Below, one piece after another: positions 21,386-31,152 of a stretch of DNA of 64,000 nt; the stretch's first letter is position 1, and every line of letters starts with the position of its first letter. The DNA is from Dehalococcoidia bacterium (GTDB lineage Bacteria; Chloroflexota; Dehalococcoidia; Plut-88900). Below the pieces are notes generated by a model. It saw nothing but the letters and a program-made list of their open reading frames with translations, was not told the DNA's origin and searched no databases. The translations under genes and the position numbers were made by a program. Where the stretch lies: the NCBI GenBank assembly GCA_965197585.1, contig OZ240215.1:704001-768000 (forward strand), given 5' to 3'.

Positions 21386-22453
21386 CTAGTCGGCCGGACC
21401 CATACCGTACATCCGGCGGGTGTTGTCTGAAAGTATGGCCTTCTTGGCACTGTAGCTCAGGTCGTCCCGATTCCAGAACTGGCTTACGTTATCGGGGTAT
21501 TCGTTGTCCCAGTGAGGCCAGTCGGAGGCGTAGAAGAGGGAGTTTTCGCCGAGCAGCTCGACGACCTGGGGTATGAGATCCTCGGAGGGTTCGGCATGGA
21601 AGAAGACCATGTCGGACTTGATGTATTCGCTGGGCTCTTTCTTGCAACTCTTGGCTTCAAGATGCCCGCGCTTCTCCCACTCCTCATCCATCCGATTCAT
21701 GAAGAATGGGACCCAAGTGCAACCCCCCTCCAGGTATCCCACCCGGAGATTCGGGAACCTTTCGAAGATGCCTTCGTAGGTCATATGCACAAGCTGAAGC
21801 ATGTTAGACATGGGGAAAGAGGCGGTGTGCTTCTGGATGAACTTGTTGAAGCGCATGTACTCCGGGGTGTTTCCATGCACGGCAACCAGGCACCCCAAGC
21901 TCTGGGCCTCTTCATAGAAAGGATCGTACCTCCTGTCTCCCAGCCCCCCGAATCCGTGTGCGGGGAGCGTCACTCCTGAAAACCCCAACTCAGTTATGGT
22001 GCGCCGCATTTCCTTGACGCCTTCGCCGACATCTAGCAAGGGCACGAGTGATACGGCTCTCAAACGGGGACTCACCTTCAACCATTCATCGGAGACGTAG
22101 TTGTTGTAGGCGCGGGTGAGGGCAAGCATATAGTCAGGGTCGAAGATGTTGCCGTATCCGAGCAGGTTGGTCGGGAACAGGAAGGTGGTGTCCATCCCTC
22201 CCCATTCGAGGGCATCAAGCCAGTCCTTCGGAAATGGGTAACCCGGAGGCCCCACGCTTCCCATGCTTCCGCCCATAGTAGTGTCTACGAACGACGTATC
22301 GGCCAGACTGGTGGCGTGGCCGACGCGACCCTGACTATCGGGTACGCCTACCCAAAGGTTGTCGTTGTAGGGCGGTTCCAAATACTCCTTGATCCGGGAG
22401 ACGTCCTCAGCTATATGGCCATCGGCATCCATCACTTTAAACGGCAGTTCCAT
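21386..22453 (-). CDS. Amidohydrolase_2 family protein
   Basis: DADGH, RAYN, VHG, FERFPNLRVGYLEGG..W, ASDWPHWD; SD GGAGG before ATG 22453. Confidence 0.9.
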   Translation of the reverse strand: MELPFKVMDADGHIAEDVSRIKEYLEPPYNDNLWVGVPDSQGRVGHATSLADTSFVDTTMGGSMGSVGPPGYPFPKDWLDALEWGGMDTTFLFPTNLLGYGNIFDPDYMLALTRAYNNYVSDEWLKVSPRLRAVSLVPLLDVGEGVKEMRRTITELGFSGVTLPAHGFGGLGDRRYDPFYEEAQSLGCLVAVHGNTPEYMRFNKFIQKHTASFPMSNMLQLVHMTYEGIFERFPNLRVGYLEGGCTWVPFFMNRMDEEWEKRGHLEAKSCKKEPSEYIKSDMVFFHAEPSEDLIPQVVELLGENSLFYASDWPHWDNEYPDNVSQFWNRDDLSYSAKKAILSDNTRRMYGMGPAD

Positions 22454-22525
22454 GTTCAACCTCCTCCACTAAAGTCATCCAAGGCGTATTCGGACTAATG
22501 GTTGCTGTGGACCCGAACTATGAAG

Positions 22526-23974
22526 CTAGTGGGCGCCGTTTGTTCCGTTGACCCGAGCTATGGAGGTGGGGGGCGACTTGTGGAAGGAGATGGAAGCGTC
22601 CTTCCCAAGGCGGTTTTCCGCCTCAGCGATGGCGTCTTCTACTGTGTGGAAAGGCTCGAATCCCATGTGGCGGGCGACATCAAAGTCGGTGGCGCCGGCC
22701 AGGAACATGCCGGAGAGGTGTCGGGAGGGGGCGCCTCGGGTATTCCACATGAAGAAGGGGTGGGAGCCGTGGTAACCGTAGCCATAGCGGTACTTGTGGA
22801 TGAACTCGGGACGGTGGGCGAAGTCGTCGGAGAAGAGGTTCCAGAGCTCGTAGGGGTCCAGGGTCACGGGCAGAAGGCGCTCGTAGAATTCCCGGTAAGA
22901 GGGGTGGTGGATGTCGTCGAACTGGTTCTTGCAGGGGTGGGCGAGGATGATGATGCCCCCCGGTCGGATCAAGGGCTGATTCTGGAACATGCTGTAGGTG
23001 TACTCGAATCCCTGGTCGGTGACCAAGAGGGGATTGATGAAGGAGTTATGTGCGTAGCCCGTTTTGCTGGTGACGCCGTACAGGCCGATATCGCTCTGCC
23101 CATCGACATCCAGGACCTGGAGTGAGCTGAGGGCATCGAGAGTGTGGTTGTGGACGTCAGGGGTGTGGCCTGCGAATACGGCGGTTACCTCGGGGGGTTC
23201 GGTTGCGGTGACTACCGACTCGATGCTGAAGATGCGTCGGCCCTTTTTCGCCAGGTGATCTTCAATAACCTTGCCCTGCTCCCAGACGAGCTTGTGGAAG
23301 GATGAGATTTTGGGGTCCATTACGGACTTGCCGGAGGCGAAGGGGAAGGGCCTGTGGTGGTGCCTGATGCTGCGGAAGGTTCCGAGGCCGACGGCGACGG
23401 ACTTCCAGCCGCCGCCGAAGGGGATATGGGTGATGTTTAGGTAAATTAAGAGGTCGGAATCGGTGACGGCGCGGTTGACCTCGACCTCGAAACCGCGGTG
23501 GGTCTCGCCGAGGAATATCAGCTCGTCGGGGTTTTCGGCGTCGTGGCAGCGTAGGCGCTGGGCGGGCCAGAGTACGCTGATGCGCTCGCCGACGATGGGC
23601 GCCAGCTCAGAGCGGGTCCACTTGCGGTGGAGGGCGTTGGCGCAGAGGAGGAGGATGTCGGAAAGTTCGACGCCTGCCTTCTTGAGCTCTTCGAGCAAGA
23701 CGCTGATGGCTACTTGCCGGAAGTCGACGCCCTTGGTCTGGACGCCGCCGGGGTCGTCGAAGGCAATAGTGACCTTGGCGCCCTTGCCGACCAGCTTGTG
23801 GATGGGGTCATGGGCGATGGGGTTGGCGATGGCTTCCCTGATGGAGGCTTCCAAGTTCGCGACGGGCTTGGCGGAGGAGTGTCCGTTGGCCTGGAGGACC
23901 CTTGTGCGTTCCGGGAGGTCGACGTCCATCCAGTGGTCGCCGTACCAGAGCTGTTCCTTGATAGTAGATCCCAT
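22526..23974 (-). CDS. Lactate racemase (LarA/DUF2088) domain protein
   Basis: VTIAFDD, ANALHRK, CHDAE, EVNRAV, GGGWKS, HGSH; SD GAAGGAG. Confidence 0.8.
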   Translation of the reverse strand: MGSTIKEQLWYGDHWMDVDLPERTRVLQANGHSSAKPVANLEASIREAIANPIAHDPIHKLVGKGAKVTIAFDDPGGVQTKGVDFRQVAISVLLEELKKAGVELSDILLLCANALHRKWTRSELAPIVGERISVLWPAQRLRCHDAENPDELIFLGETHRGFEVEVNRAVTDSDLLIYLNITHIPFGGGWKSVAVGLGTFRSIRHHHRPFPFASGKSVMDPKISSFHKLVWEQGKVIEDHLAKKGRRIFSIESVVTATEPPEVTAVFAGHTPDVHNHTLDALSSLQVLDVDGQSDIGLYGVTSKTGYAHNSFINPLLVTDQGFEYTYSMFQNQPLIRPGGIIILAHPCKNQFDDIHHPSYREFYERLLPVTLDPYELWNLFSDDFAHRPEFIHKYRYGYGYHGSHPFFMWNTRGAPSRHLSGMFLAGATDFDVARHMGFEPFHTVEDAIAEAENRLGKDASISFHKSPPTSIARVNGTNGAH

Positions 23975-24397
23975 TGGAGGTCTCCTTCAGTGATGAGTTG
24001 TGGGTGTTGGGGAAGTATACAACACGGGGAGGGGATTCTCAGTATGCCTGGGGTTCGGGAGACGGCGTATTTAGTCCTCCTGAGGCGGATCTTCGACTGT
24101 GTGGGAATGAGTTGGAGGTGTGGGTGGTTAGGCGGGCTCCTTTCTGTGTGTGGGGGGACCGGAGACCGCACTCACATTCCGCTCTTGAGACCCTTCGATC
24201 CGCCTCAGCGGACCCGCTATAGCGGATGTTCCACTTTCAGCAAGCTGAGGGCGAGCCGGAATGCTCCACCCCAGGGCGATCGGCCGGTCGCCCCTGCGGA
24301 AGGATGACGGACACAGGGAAAGGGATGGGGACAGGGTGAGGATGAGGGTTGCCAGCGCTCCCTCTGCGGCCCGTGCCGCTGCGCGAAGAGTCGGGAC

Positions 24398-24690
24398 GCG
24401 GGAGGTCATCCGCGGCGCAATGCCGCAGGCATCCGCTTCTACGCCGAGGAGGGTGAAGCGGGAGGTCATCCGCGGCGCAATGCCGCAGGCATCCGCTTCT
24501 ACGCCAAGGAGGGTGAAGCGGGAAATCATCCGCGGCGCAATGCCGCAGGCATCCGCTTCTACGCCGAGGAGGGCAGAGCGGGAATTCATCCGCGATAAAA
24601 CGCGGGCATCCACGGTCGTTGGGCAAGCTCGCTGGGGGTATGAGCCGTGGGTTATCATCCGCGGCGAGGGTACGCGGGCATCCGCGGCGC
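24398..24690. repeat. Tandem array: three 60-bp units plus two degenerate palindromic units
   Basis: GCGGGAGGTCATCCGCGGCGCAATGCCGCAGGCATCCGCTTCTACGCCGAGGAGGGTGAA at 24398, 24458 and 24518; degenerate TCATCCGCG..CGCGGGCATCC near 24586 and 24655. Confidence 0.9.
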
Positions 24691-25117
24691 GATGGCGCTG
24701 CGGGGAATTGGGCCGAGAGGGAGCGCTGGCTATTAGGGACATCCTCAATGGGTCTAAGGGGTTGCCAAGGGACACGGGGTAGGGTTGGGGCCAAAGGAGG
24801 AGGCGCGTGCCGGTGGCCGGGCGGTCCCATACCGCTCGGTTACGACGGGCCGATTTGTGGGCCATGCGACTCATGGGACTCCTTTGGTTCCGCCAGGGGG
24901 GCGGATGTTCCACCTTTCCTTTAATAGGGCCGATGTACTAGATCGACACCTGAAGATTTAAAATAGCACGTATGTTTTATTCATGTCAAGGAGTCGGTGC
25001 TACATTTTGGGGCAAATGCCCCCATACCCCCCGGGAATAAATCGGCGCCCGCCCACCCGCTATTTTGATTTGTTCGAGGGGGAGGGTAGGGAATTGAGGG
25101 CTCAAAGTGAGGTGAGC

Positions 25118-25156
25118 GGGCAAATCCTAGATCCCTCGCAGGACCTCGGGATGACG
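25118..25156. repeat. REP-like hairpin (AGATCCCTCG..CTCGGGATGAC family), intact copy
   Basis: GGGCAAATCCTAGATCCCTCGCAGGACCTCGGGATGAC; a homolog is split by the IS5 at 29843-31038. Confidence 0.75.
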
Positions 25157-25250
25157 TGGGGTAAGGGCGTCTGGAAGTAGTCGGGGATGGCCTCCAGGGT
25201 ATATGCCTACCAGGGAGGCAATCATCCTCACTCTAGCCCTCTCCCGCTGA

Positions 25251-25378
25251 AAGAACTTTGAGTAACTACCCACGCGGTTGCTATTGCCACCCTGACCCCA
25301 ATACTCCCCCGCTCATACTTCGAGAGCCTCAGCACGAGCGGCCCCACGCCCCTCCAACACAAATTATGCGAAGGTCTC
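25251..25378. mobile_element. Putative MITE copy with REP-like core (25309-25341)
   Basis: Left end AAGAACTTTGAGTAA, right end TTATGCGAAGGTCTC; exact 33-bp core. Confidence 0.55.
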
Positions 25379-25404
25379 TTGACGAGAGATGGGATATGAA
25401 AGGA

Positions 25405-26409
25405 TTAAGCAACGAAGGGGAGGACTTCTTCGGCGAAGTAGCGAATGGTCTCGTCGACCGTGGGGCCGGGGACCTCGGGGATGTGCTGGGGTGCGAGGAT
25501 TATCTCGTCCAGGCCCTCGACCGTGGACAACTGCTTTATGCAGGATATGGCATCTTCCCGGTCACCGCCGAGGGCGAAGCGGTCGATGTACTTGTCCGGG
25601 ATGCGGAACTCGTCCGAGACGTAGGAGCGGGAGTGCTTTGACGGGTTGTAGTTGGCCTTGAGCCTAGCGATCAAGGGAAGGTCTTCTTCGTCGAAAAGGG
25701 TGGGGTTGGACATGTTGATGATGACGCCGACGGGGCCGTTGAGCTTGCGTCTGGCGAGGGTGCGGTCGGGGCCGAGGCAGGCCTGAAGCCAGCAGGACAA
25801 CTTGGTGTCGGCGGGTTTTTTGCCTGCAGCCCTTGCGGATTCCTTGAACATCTCGACGCCTGCCGACATTTGGGCAGGGTCTCGTTCTCTGAGGAGGATA
25901 GCGCCGTCGGCCATGCGACCTGCGGCTCGGGTGAGCCGGGGGCCGGTGGCGGCTACGTAAATGGGTATGTCAGTCGGGGATTGCAGCCAGGCAAGTTTGG
26001 CCTTGCCGCCTTCGTCGAACTCCACGACCTCATTTTGGAGCAGGCCCTTGACCTGGCCGATGTAGGACTCGAGGCTGGCGATAGACTCGGGGCGGCGGCC
26101 TATGGAGCGCACTCCACTATCACCGGTGCTGATGCCGGCGCGGATGCGGCCGGGGGCCAGATCGTGAAGGGAGGCGAAGGCACTGGCCGTGACGCTGGCG
26201 TGTCGGGTGGTAGGCATGGTGACGCCTATACCGAGGGTGATGCTAGAAGTGTTGAGCGCGCAGGCCGTCATCTCCACGTAGACCTCTCGGCATATGCGTT
26301 GGAGGTCTCCGAACCAGACGGCATCGAAGCCCATGGCCTCGATATTCTTGACGCGTTCGACGATCTGGGGCATGGGCTGGTTGCCGAAGACACTGACGGC
26401 GAACTTCAT
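25405..26409 (-). CDS. LLM-class oxidoreductase (Mer-like)
   Basis: GFDAVWFGD, LGIGVT.P.TRH, PGRIRAGISTGDS, PIYVAATGPR...AG..ADG. Confidence 0.9.
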   Translation of the reverse strand: MKFAVSVFGNQPMPQIVERVKNIEAMGFDAVWFGDLQRICREVYVEMTACALNTSSITLGIGVTMPTTRHASVTASAFASLHDLAPGRIRAGISTGDSGVRSIGRRPESIASLESYIGQVKGLLQNEVVEFDEGGKAKLAWLQSPTDIPIYVAATGPRLTRAAGRMADGAILLRERDPAQMSAGVEMFKESARAAGKKPADTKLSCWLQACLGPDRTLARRKLNGPVGVIINMSNPTLFDEEDLPLIARLKANYNPSKHSRSYVSDEFRIPDKYIDRFALGGDREDAISCIKQLSTVEGLDEIILAPQHIPEVPGPTVDETIRYFAEEVLPFVA

Positions 26410-26515
26410 GAGTTATGACCTATGGGGGCATTGGACAAGTCTTGATGTGTAGGCATATTGCGATGAGTAGACATACTATCCAAAGTGGCCGCTTGTCTAA
26501 TCCTTCCTCCGCCCC

Positions 26516-26657
26516 CCGCTCATACTTCGAGAGCCTCAGCACGAGCGGCCCCACCCCGGGGAGGGGATCACCCTCACCCTAGCCCTCTCCCGTCGAGGGA
26601 GAGGGGATGGGATCCCGCCCCGCGCCACCCCTGGATTCCCGACTTCTCGGGAATGAC
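26516..26657. repeat. Composite cluster of three palindromic repeat families downstream of valS
   Basis: 33-bp core 26516-26548; CCCTCACCCTAGCCCTCTCCC..GGGAGAGGG 26568-26610; TGGATTCCCGACTTCTCGGGAATGAC about 26632-26657. Confidence 0.8.
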
Positions 26658-26673
26658 GGCTGTAGAGCGTTGG

Positions 26674-29385
26674 CTATTGGCCGAGTTCGGAGAGGCGTTG
26701 GAGGAGGTTGGACTCTTCTTCTTGCCAGCCGGAGAGGCGGGTGCGTTCCTTTTCGACAACGTCGGCGGGAGCTTTGGAGAGGAATTGATTGTTCTCAAGG
26801 CGAGACTCGATCTGACCGATTCTCTTGTGAAGTTCTTCCAGGGACGACTGGAGCCGCTGGCGTTCACCAGCGAAGTCGAAGAGGCCGGCGAGGGGCAGGA
26901 AGATTCGGGTGGCCTTTTCGACGACCATGATGGAGTTTTCGGGTTGGGGGGCGTCGCCCGCCCGTGCCTCTACGGAGCATTGGGCTAGGGTTTCCAAGAA
27001 AGATCGGCCTCCGGGTCCGAGGGTATCACCGTCCAGTAATACAGCGGGGACCTTCTTGTTGGACTCGACCTTGCGCTCAGCGCGGACATTGCGTACACCG
27101 CGAACGAGGGCCATGAGAAGGCCGGCCCACTCCTCGGCTTCCGGGTCGACGGCAGTGGGGTTGGGGGTGGGGTATGCGGCGACCATTATGGAGTCGGGTC
27201 GATCACCGGATGCGGGCATTCGTTGCACGAGGGATTGCCAAATCTCCTCAGTTATGAAGGGCATGAAGGGGTGGAGGAGGCGAAGAGCGCCGTCGAGGAC
27301 ATGAGCCAGGACGGGGGCCGGGGAGGGAGAGTCGGGCAGGTCGCGTAGGCGAATCTTGGCGATCTCGATATACCAGTCGCAGAACTCGTTCCATATGAAG
27401 TCGTGGACGTACTCCTGGGCGTCGCCGAGGCGGAAGCCGTTGAGGGCACGGGTGACGTCCTCGACGGTGCGTTGGAAGCGGCTCAGGATCCAGCGGTCTT
27501 CTATGGGGAGGGGGATGGCAGGGGAGTCACCCTCACCCTGACCCTCTCCCCTCAAGGGAGAGGGGACGGAAAGAACGGAGGGGGACTGGTCGAGGATGGA
27601 GATGACATAGCGGGAGGCGTTCCAGAGCTTGTTGGTGAAGTTGCGGCTGGACCGAATCTTGGCCTCGCTGAGACGGCTGTCGTTGCCGGGGGCGGTGCCG
27701 ACGGTGAGGGCGAAGCGGAGGGCGTCGGCGCCGTGCTCGTCGATGATCTCGAGGGGATTGAGTACGTTGCCCTTAACCTTGCTCATCTTATCGCCATGTT
27801 CGTCCTGGATGAGGCCGTGGAGATAGACGGTGTGGAAGGGTATATCGCCCATGTTCTGGATGCCGAGCATGATCATGCGGGCGACCCAGAAGAAGAGGAT
27901 GTCGTAACCTGTTTCGAGGACTGCGCCGGGGTAGAAATAGCGGAGGTCGGCGGTGTTGTCGGGCCAACCGAGGGTGGAATGGGGCCAGAGTCCGGAGCTG
28001 AACCAAGTGTCCAGGACGTCGGGGTCCTGGCGAATATCGGCCGAGCCGCAACCCTCACAGGTTATCGGGTCATCCAGCGCAACGGTGAGGTGTTCGCACC
28101 GGTCGCAGTACCAGACGGGGATGCGGTGGCCCCACCAGAGCTGGCGGCTGATGCACCAGTCTCGGATGTTGTCCATCCAGTTGAGGTAGACCTTGGTGAA
28201 GCGGTCTGGGACTATGCGGATTCGGCCCTCGGTTACGGCGTTGGCGGCGGCCTCAGCCATGGGGCCGACCTTGACGAACCACTGCTTACCGGCCATAGGC
28301 TCGACGACTGTGTTGCAGCGCTGGCAGTGTCCGACGGAGTGGGTGAGGGGCTCGGCCTTATCGAGCAGGCCATCGGATTCGAGATCCTGGAGGATGCGGG
28401 CTCGGCACTCTGCGACGGTCATCCCGGTGTATTGGGGCCCAGCGGCCTCGGTCATTGAAGACCGGGGCCCGATGACGGTGATCAGGGGGAGGCTGTGGCG
28501 CTGGGCGATATCGAAGTCGTTGGGATCATGGGCTGGTGTTACTTTGACGGCGCCGGTGCCGAACTCGGTGTCGACCGCTGTGTCGGCGACGACGGGGATG
28601 GGGCGGTTTAGACGGGGGAGGATTACGTTCCGGCCGACGAAATCGGCGAAACGTTCATCGTCGGGGTTGACGGCGACGGCGGTGTCGCCGAGGAGGGTCT
28701 CGGGGCGGGTGGTTGCTACGGTGAGGCAGCGGGTCGGGTCATGGGCGTGGGGGTAGCGGATGTAGTAGAGCTTGCTTTCGACCTCCTGGTGGATGACCTC
28801 GAGGTCGGAGAGGGCGGTGGAGCAGCGGGGGCACCAGTTGATAATGCGCTCGCCGCGGTAGATGAGGCCCTTCTGGTAGAGATTGACGAATGTGGTGCGG
28901 ACGGCTCGGCTGGGGCCTTCGTCGAGGGTGAAGCGCTCTCGGGTCCAGTCGCAAGAAGCGCCGAGCCGCTTGTGCTGCTCGGCGATGGTGCGGCCGTATT
29001 GGCGTACCCATTCCCATACCCTCGCAACGAAGGCTTCTCGGCCGATTTCCTGCCGATTCTTCCCCTCTTTGGCGAGTTGTCTTTCTACGACGACTTGAGT
29101 TGCAATGCCTGCGTGGTCACTGCCCGGGAGCCAGAGGGTTGGGTCGCCCATCATGCGATGCCAGCGGATGAGTGCATCCTCGGCGGCGGCGGTCAGTGCG
29201 TGGCCGAGGTGGAGTTCACCCGTAACGTTGGGTGGGGGCATGATGATGACGAACGGCTGCTTACCCTCTTCTATGGATGGGGTGAAGTAGCCGTTGTCGA
29301 GCCAAAATTTGTAGATTCGGCCTTCGATCTCGGTGGGGTCGTAGACCTTTGGGATGCGGGCGAGGTTTTCAGTGCGGGTGGTCAT
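26674..29385 (-). CDS. valS: Valine--tRNA ligase
   Basis: PPPNVTGELHLGHA, DWCISRQLWWGH, DTWFSS, KMSK, C-terminal coiled coil. Confidence 0.99.
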   Translation of the reverse strand: MTTRTENLARIPKVYDPTEIEGRIYKFWLDNGYFTPSIEEGKQPFVIIMPPPNVTGELHLGHALTAAAEDALIRWHRMMGDPTLWLPGSDHAGIATQVVVERQLAKEGKNRQEIGREAFVARVWEWVRQYGRTIAEQHKRLGASCDWTRERFTLDEGPSRAVRTTFVNLYQKGLIYRGERIINWCPRCSTALSDLEVIHQEVESKLYYIRYPHAHDPTRCLTVATTRPETLLGDTAVAVNPDDERFADFVGRNVILPRLNRPIPVVADTAVDTEFGTGAVKVTPAHDPNDFDIAQRHSLPLITVIGPRSSMTEAAGPQYTGMTVAECRARILQDLESDGLLDKAEPLTHSVGHCQRCNTVVEPMAGKQWFVKVGPMAEAAANAVTEGRIRIVPDRFTKVYLNWMDNIRDWCISRQLWWGHRIPVWYCDRCEHLTVALDDPITCEGCGSADIRQDPDVLDTWFSSGLWPHSTLGWPDNTADLRYFYPGAVLETGYDILFFWVARMIMLGIQNMGDIPFHTVYLHGLIQDEHGDKMSKVKGNVLNPLEIIDEHGADALRFALTVGTAPGNDSRLSEAKIRSSRNFTNKLWNASRYVISILDQSPSVLSVPSPLRGEGQGEGDSPAIPLPIEDRWILSRFQRTVEDVTRALNGFRLGDAQEYVHDFIWNEFCDWYIEIAKIRLRDLPDSPSPAPVLAHVLDGALRLLHPFMPFITEEIWQSLVQRMPASGDRPDSIMVAAYPTPNPTAVDPEAEEWAGLLMALVRGVRNVRAERKVESNKKVPAVLLDGDTLGPGGRSFLETLAQCSVEARAGDAPQPENSIMVVEKATRIFLPLAGLFDFAGERQRLQSSLEELHKRIGQIESRLENNQFLSKAPADVVEKERTRLSGWQEEESNLLQRLSELGQ
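27527..27569. repeat. Palindromic repeat inserted in frame in valS
   Basis: 38/43 nt identical to the intergenic copy at 26568-26610; encodes PSPLRGEGQGEG. Confidence 0.85.
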
Positions 29386-29842
29386 GGTGAGTTACGGTAG
29401 TGAGGTTGTTGGTGAGAGGGGGGATAACGTATTCGGAACTTTCGCTAGGGATGTTGGCCGATTCTAACGTTGCGAGAATTGGGGAGTCAATTTGTGGCAC
29501 TTGTTCAGTCAATAGGCGGCAGTTGACATATAACTATGTAGACGCGTGGACTATCAAAGAAAATCGGGTTTGCGTTTGATTGTCTGCGGGGAGCAGGCAC
29601 GAAATTTGATAGTTTGTGGAAATCCCGCAATGCCGTATTAATCGTACGTCTGTATTCGCCTTGGAAGGGGTGTATTGCTCGGCTTAGGTTCGGCCGGCTT
29701 TGGTGGAAGGTATTACGTTGGGCTGATGCGGGTTTCACGTGGACAGGATATGGGTGAGGGGTGGTGAGGGGCAAGGGGGCCGGTGACACATCGGAGAAGA
29801 GGTGAGGGCGTAGCCTATGACAGGTGATGGGGCAAGTCCTAG

Positions 29843-31038
29843 GAAACCTCTGAACAAGTCTAAGGGCATAGGTAATAGGTAAGATAAGGAGAGTAAGGCC
29901 AAAGCTGAGGTGAGATTTGATGAAGCAGCCGACATTTGCAGACTTGGAATACGAGGGCAAGAAGCGAAAGACCCGCCGGGAGATATTTCTGGAGCGGATG
30001 GAGGACCTGGTTCCATGGGGAAAGTTAGAGGAGCGAATCCGGCCCTACTATTCCAGGGCAGGCCGTGGACGGAGGCCCTACGAGTTGTCGGTGATGCTGC
30101 GGATACACTGCGTGCAGTTGTTCTACAATCTGAGCGATCCGGGCATGGAGGACATGCTCTACGAGGTGGAGTCGGTGAGGCGGTTCGCAGGTCTGAGGCT
30201 GTCCGGCCCCTTGCCTGACGAGACTACGATACTGAACTTCCGCCATCTGCTGGAAGAGCAGGAGTTGGGTCGGGGGCTGTTCGAGGAGATCAACCGTCAT
30301 CTGGAGTCTCGGGGACTGAGGCTCAGGGAGGGTACGATTGTGGATGCGAGCATCATCGAGGCGCCGGCGTCTACGAAGAACCGTGCTGGAGAGCGAGACC
30401 CCGATATGCACCAGGTGAAGAAGGGGAAGGAGTGGCACTTCGGTATGAAAGTGCACATTGGTGCAGACGCTGACACGGGGGTGGTGCACAGTATGAGTAC
30501 GACACCTGCGAACGTGCATGACGTGACGGAGGCGCACCGGCTGCTGCATGGAGGGGAGAGGCGAGTGTGGGGAGATGCGGGATATCAGGGAGTGGAGAAG
30601 CGGGCGGAGAATCGGGATATGGATGTGGAGTGGCGGGTGGCGATGAGACCTGGACGGCGTCGGAAACTGAGGGCGGGGAGCTGCGAGGCCTTGGCGGAGA
30701 AGAGCAAATCATCCATCAGGGCTAAGGTGGAGCATCCGTTCCTGTACGTGAAACGGCACTTCGGCTACGCCAAGGTCCGCTACAGGGGCCTGTACAAGAA
30801 CACGCAACGGGTGGCGATGCTGCTGGGGCTGGCCAACTTGGTAAGGGCCGAGCGCCACTTAGCGGTGTGACGGAGGAGCAGTGTGGTCAAATCCGGGTTG
30901 ATGGTGACTGGATGCCCTGACAGGCCAGAACATAGGATGCAAATAAGCCACCGGGACGCAACATTACGACCCAACCTCTCCCCAAAACTCCATGCAAGAC
31001 AACCTAAGCTGGTTTACAGTGAGTTGTTCAGAGCTTCC
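29843..31038 (+). mobile_element. IS5-family insertion sequence, intact
   Basis: IRL GAAACCTCTGAACAAGTC, IRR reverse complement GGAAGCTCTGAACAACTC (15/18 match); CTAG target duplication at 29839-29842 and 31039-31042. Confidence 0.93.
29920..30870 (+). CDS. IS5-family DDE transposase
   Basis: KTRREIFL, LSDPGMED, PDETT, IVDASII, FGMKVHIG.D, GDAGY, RAKVEHPF. Confidence 0.96.
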   Translation: MKQPTFADLEYEGKKRKTRREIFLERMEDLVPWGKLEERIRPYYSRAGRGRRPYELSVMLRIHCVQLFYNLSDPGMEDMLYEVESVRRFAGLRLSGPLPDETTILNFRHLLEEQELGRGLFEEINRHLESRGLRLREGTIVDASIIEAPASTKNRAGERDPDMHQVKKGKEWHFGMKVHIGADADTGVVHSMSTTPANVHDVTEAHRLLHGGERRVWGDAGYQGVEKRAENRDMDVEWRVAMRPGRRRKLRAGSCEALAEKSKSSIRAKVEHPFLYVKRHFGYAKVRYRGLYKNTQRVAMLLGLANLVRAERHLAV

Positions 31039-31152
31039 CTAGATCCCTCGCGTGGCCTCGGGATGACACTGCAAATGGCGCCTCCGAGTCCAGGTGGTGA
31101 GGGAGGACATGGGGTACGGGACAGAAAGGAACGACGGCAGGAAAAGGGGTGA

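Noticed and set aside
24398-24690. CRISPR array
   Set aside because: The sequences between palindromes are near-identical rather than unique spacers, and there are no cas genes; it is a tandem repeat.
29386-29500. T-box leader for valS
   Set aside because: No T-box consensus; a plausible promoter (TTGACT-18-TAGAAT, 29490-29461) leaves too short a leader.
29505-29960. 151-aa minus-strand ORF upstream of valS
   Set aside because: Crosses the IS5 left end and has low-complexity composition; spurious.
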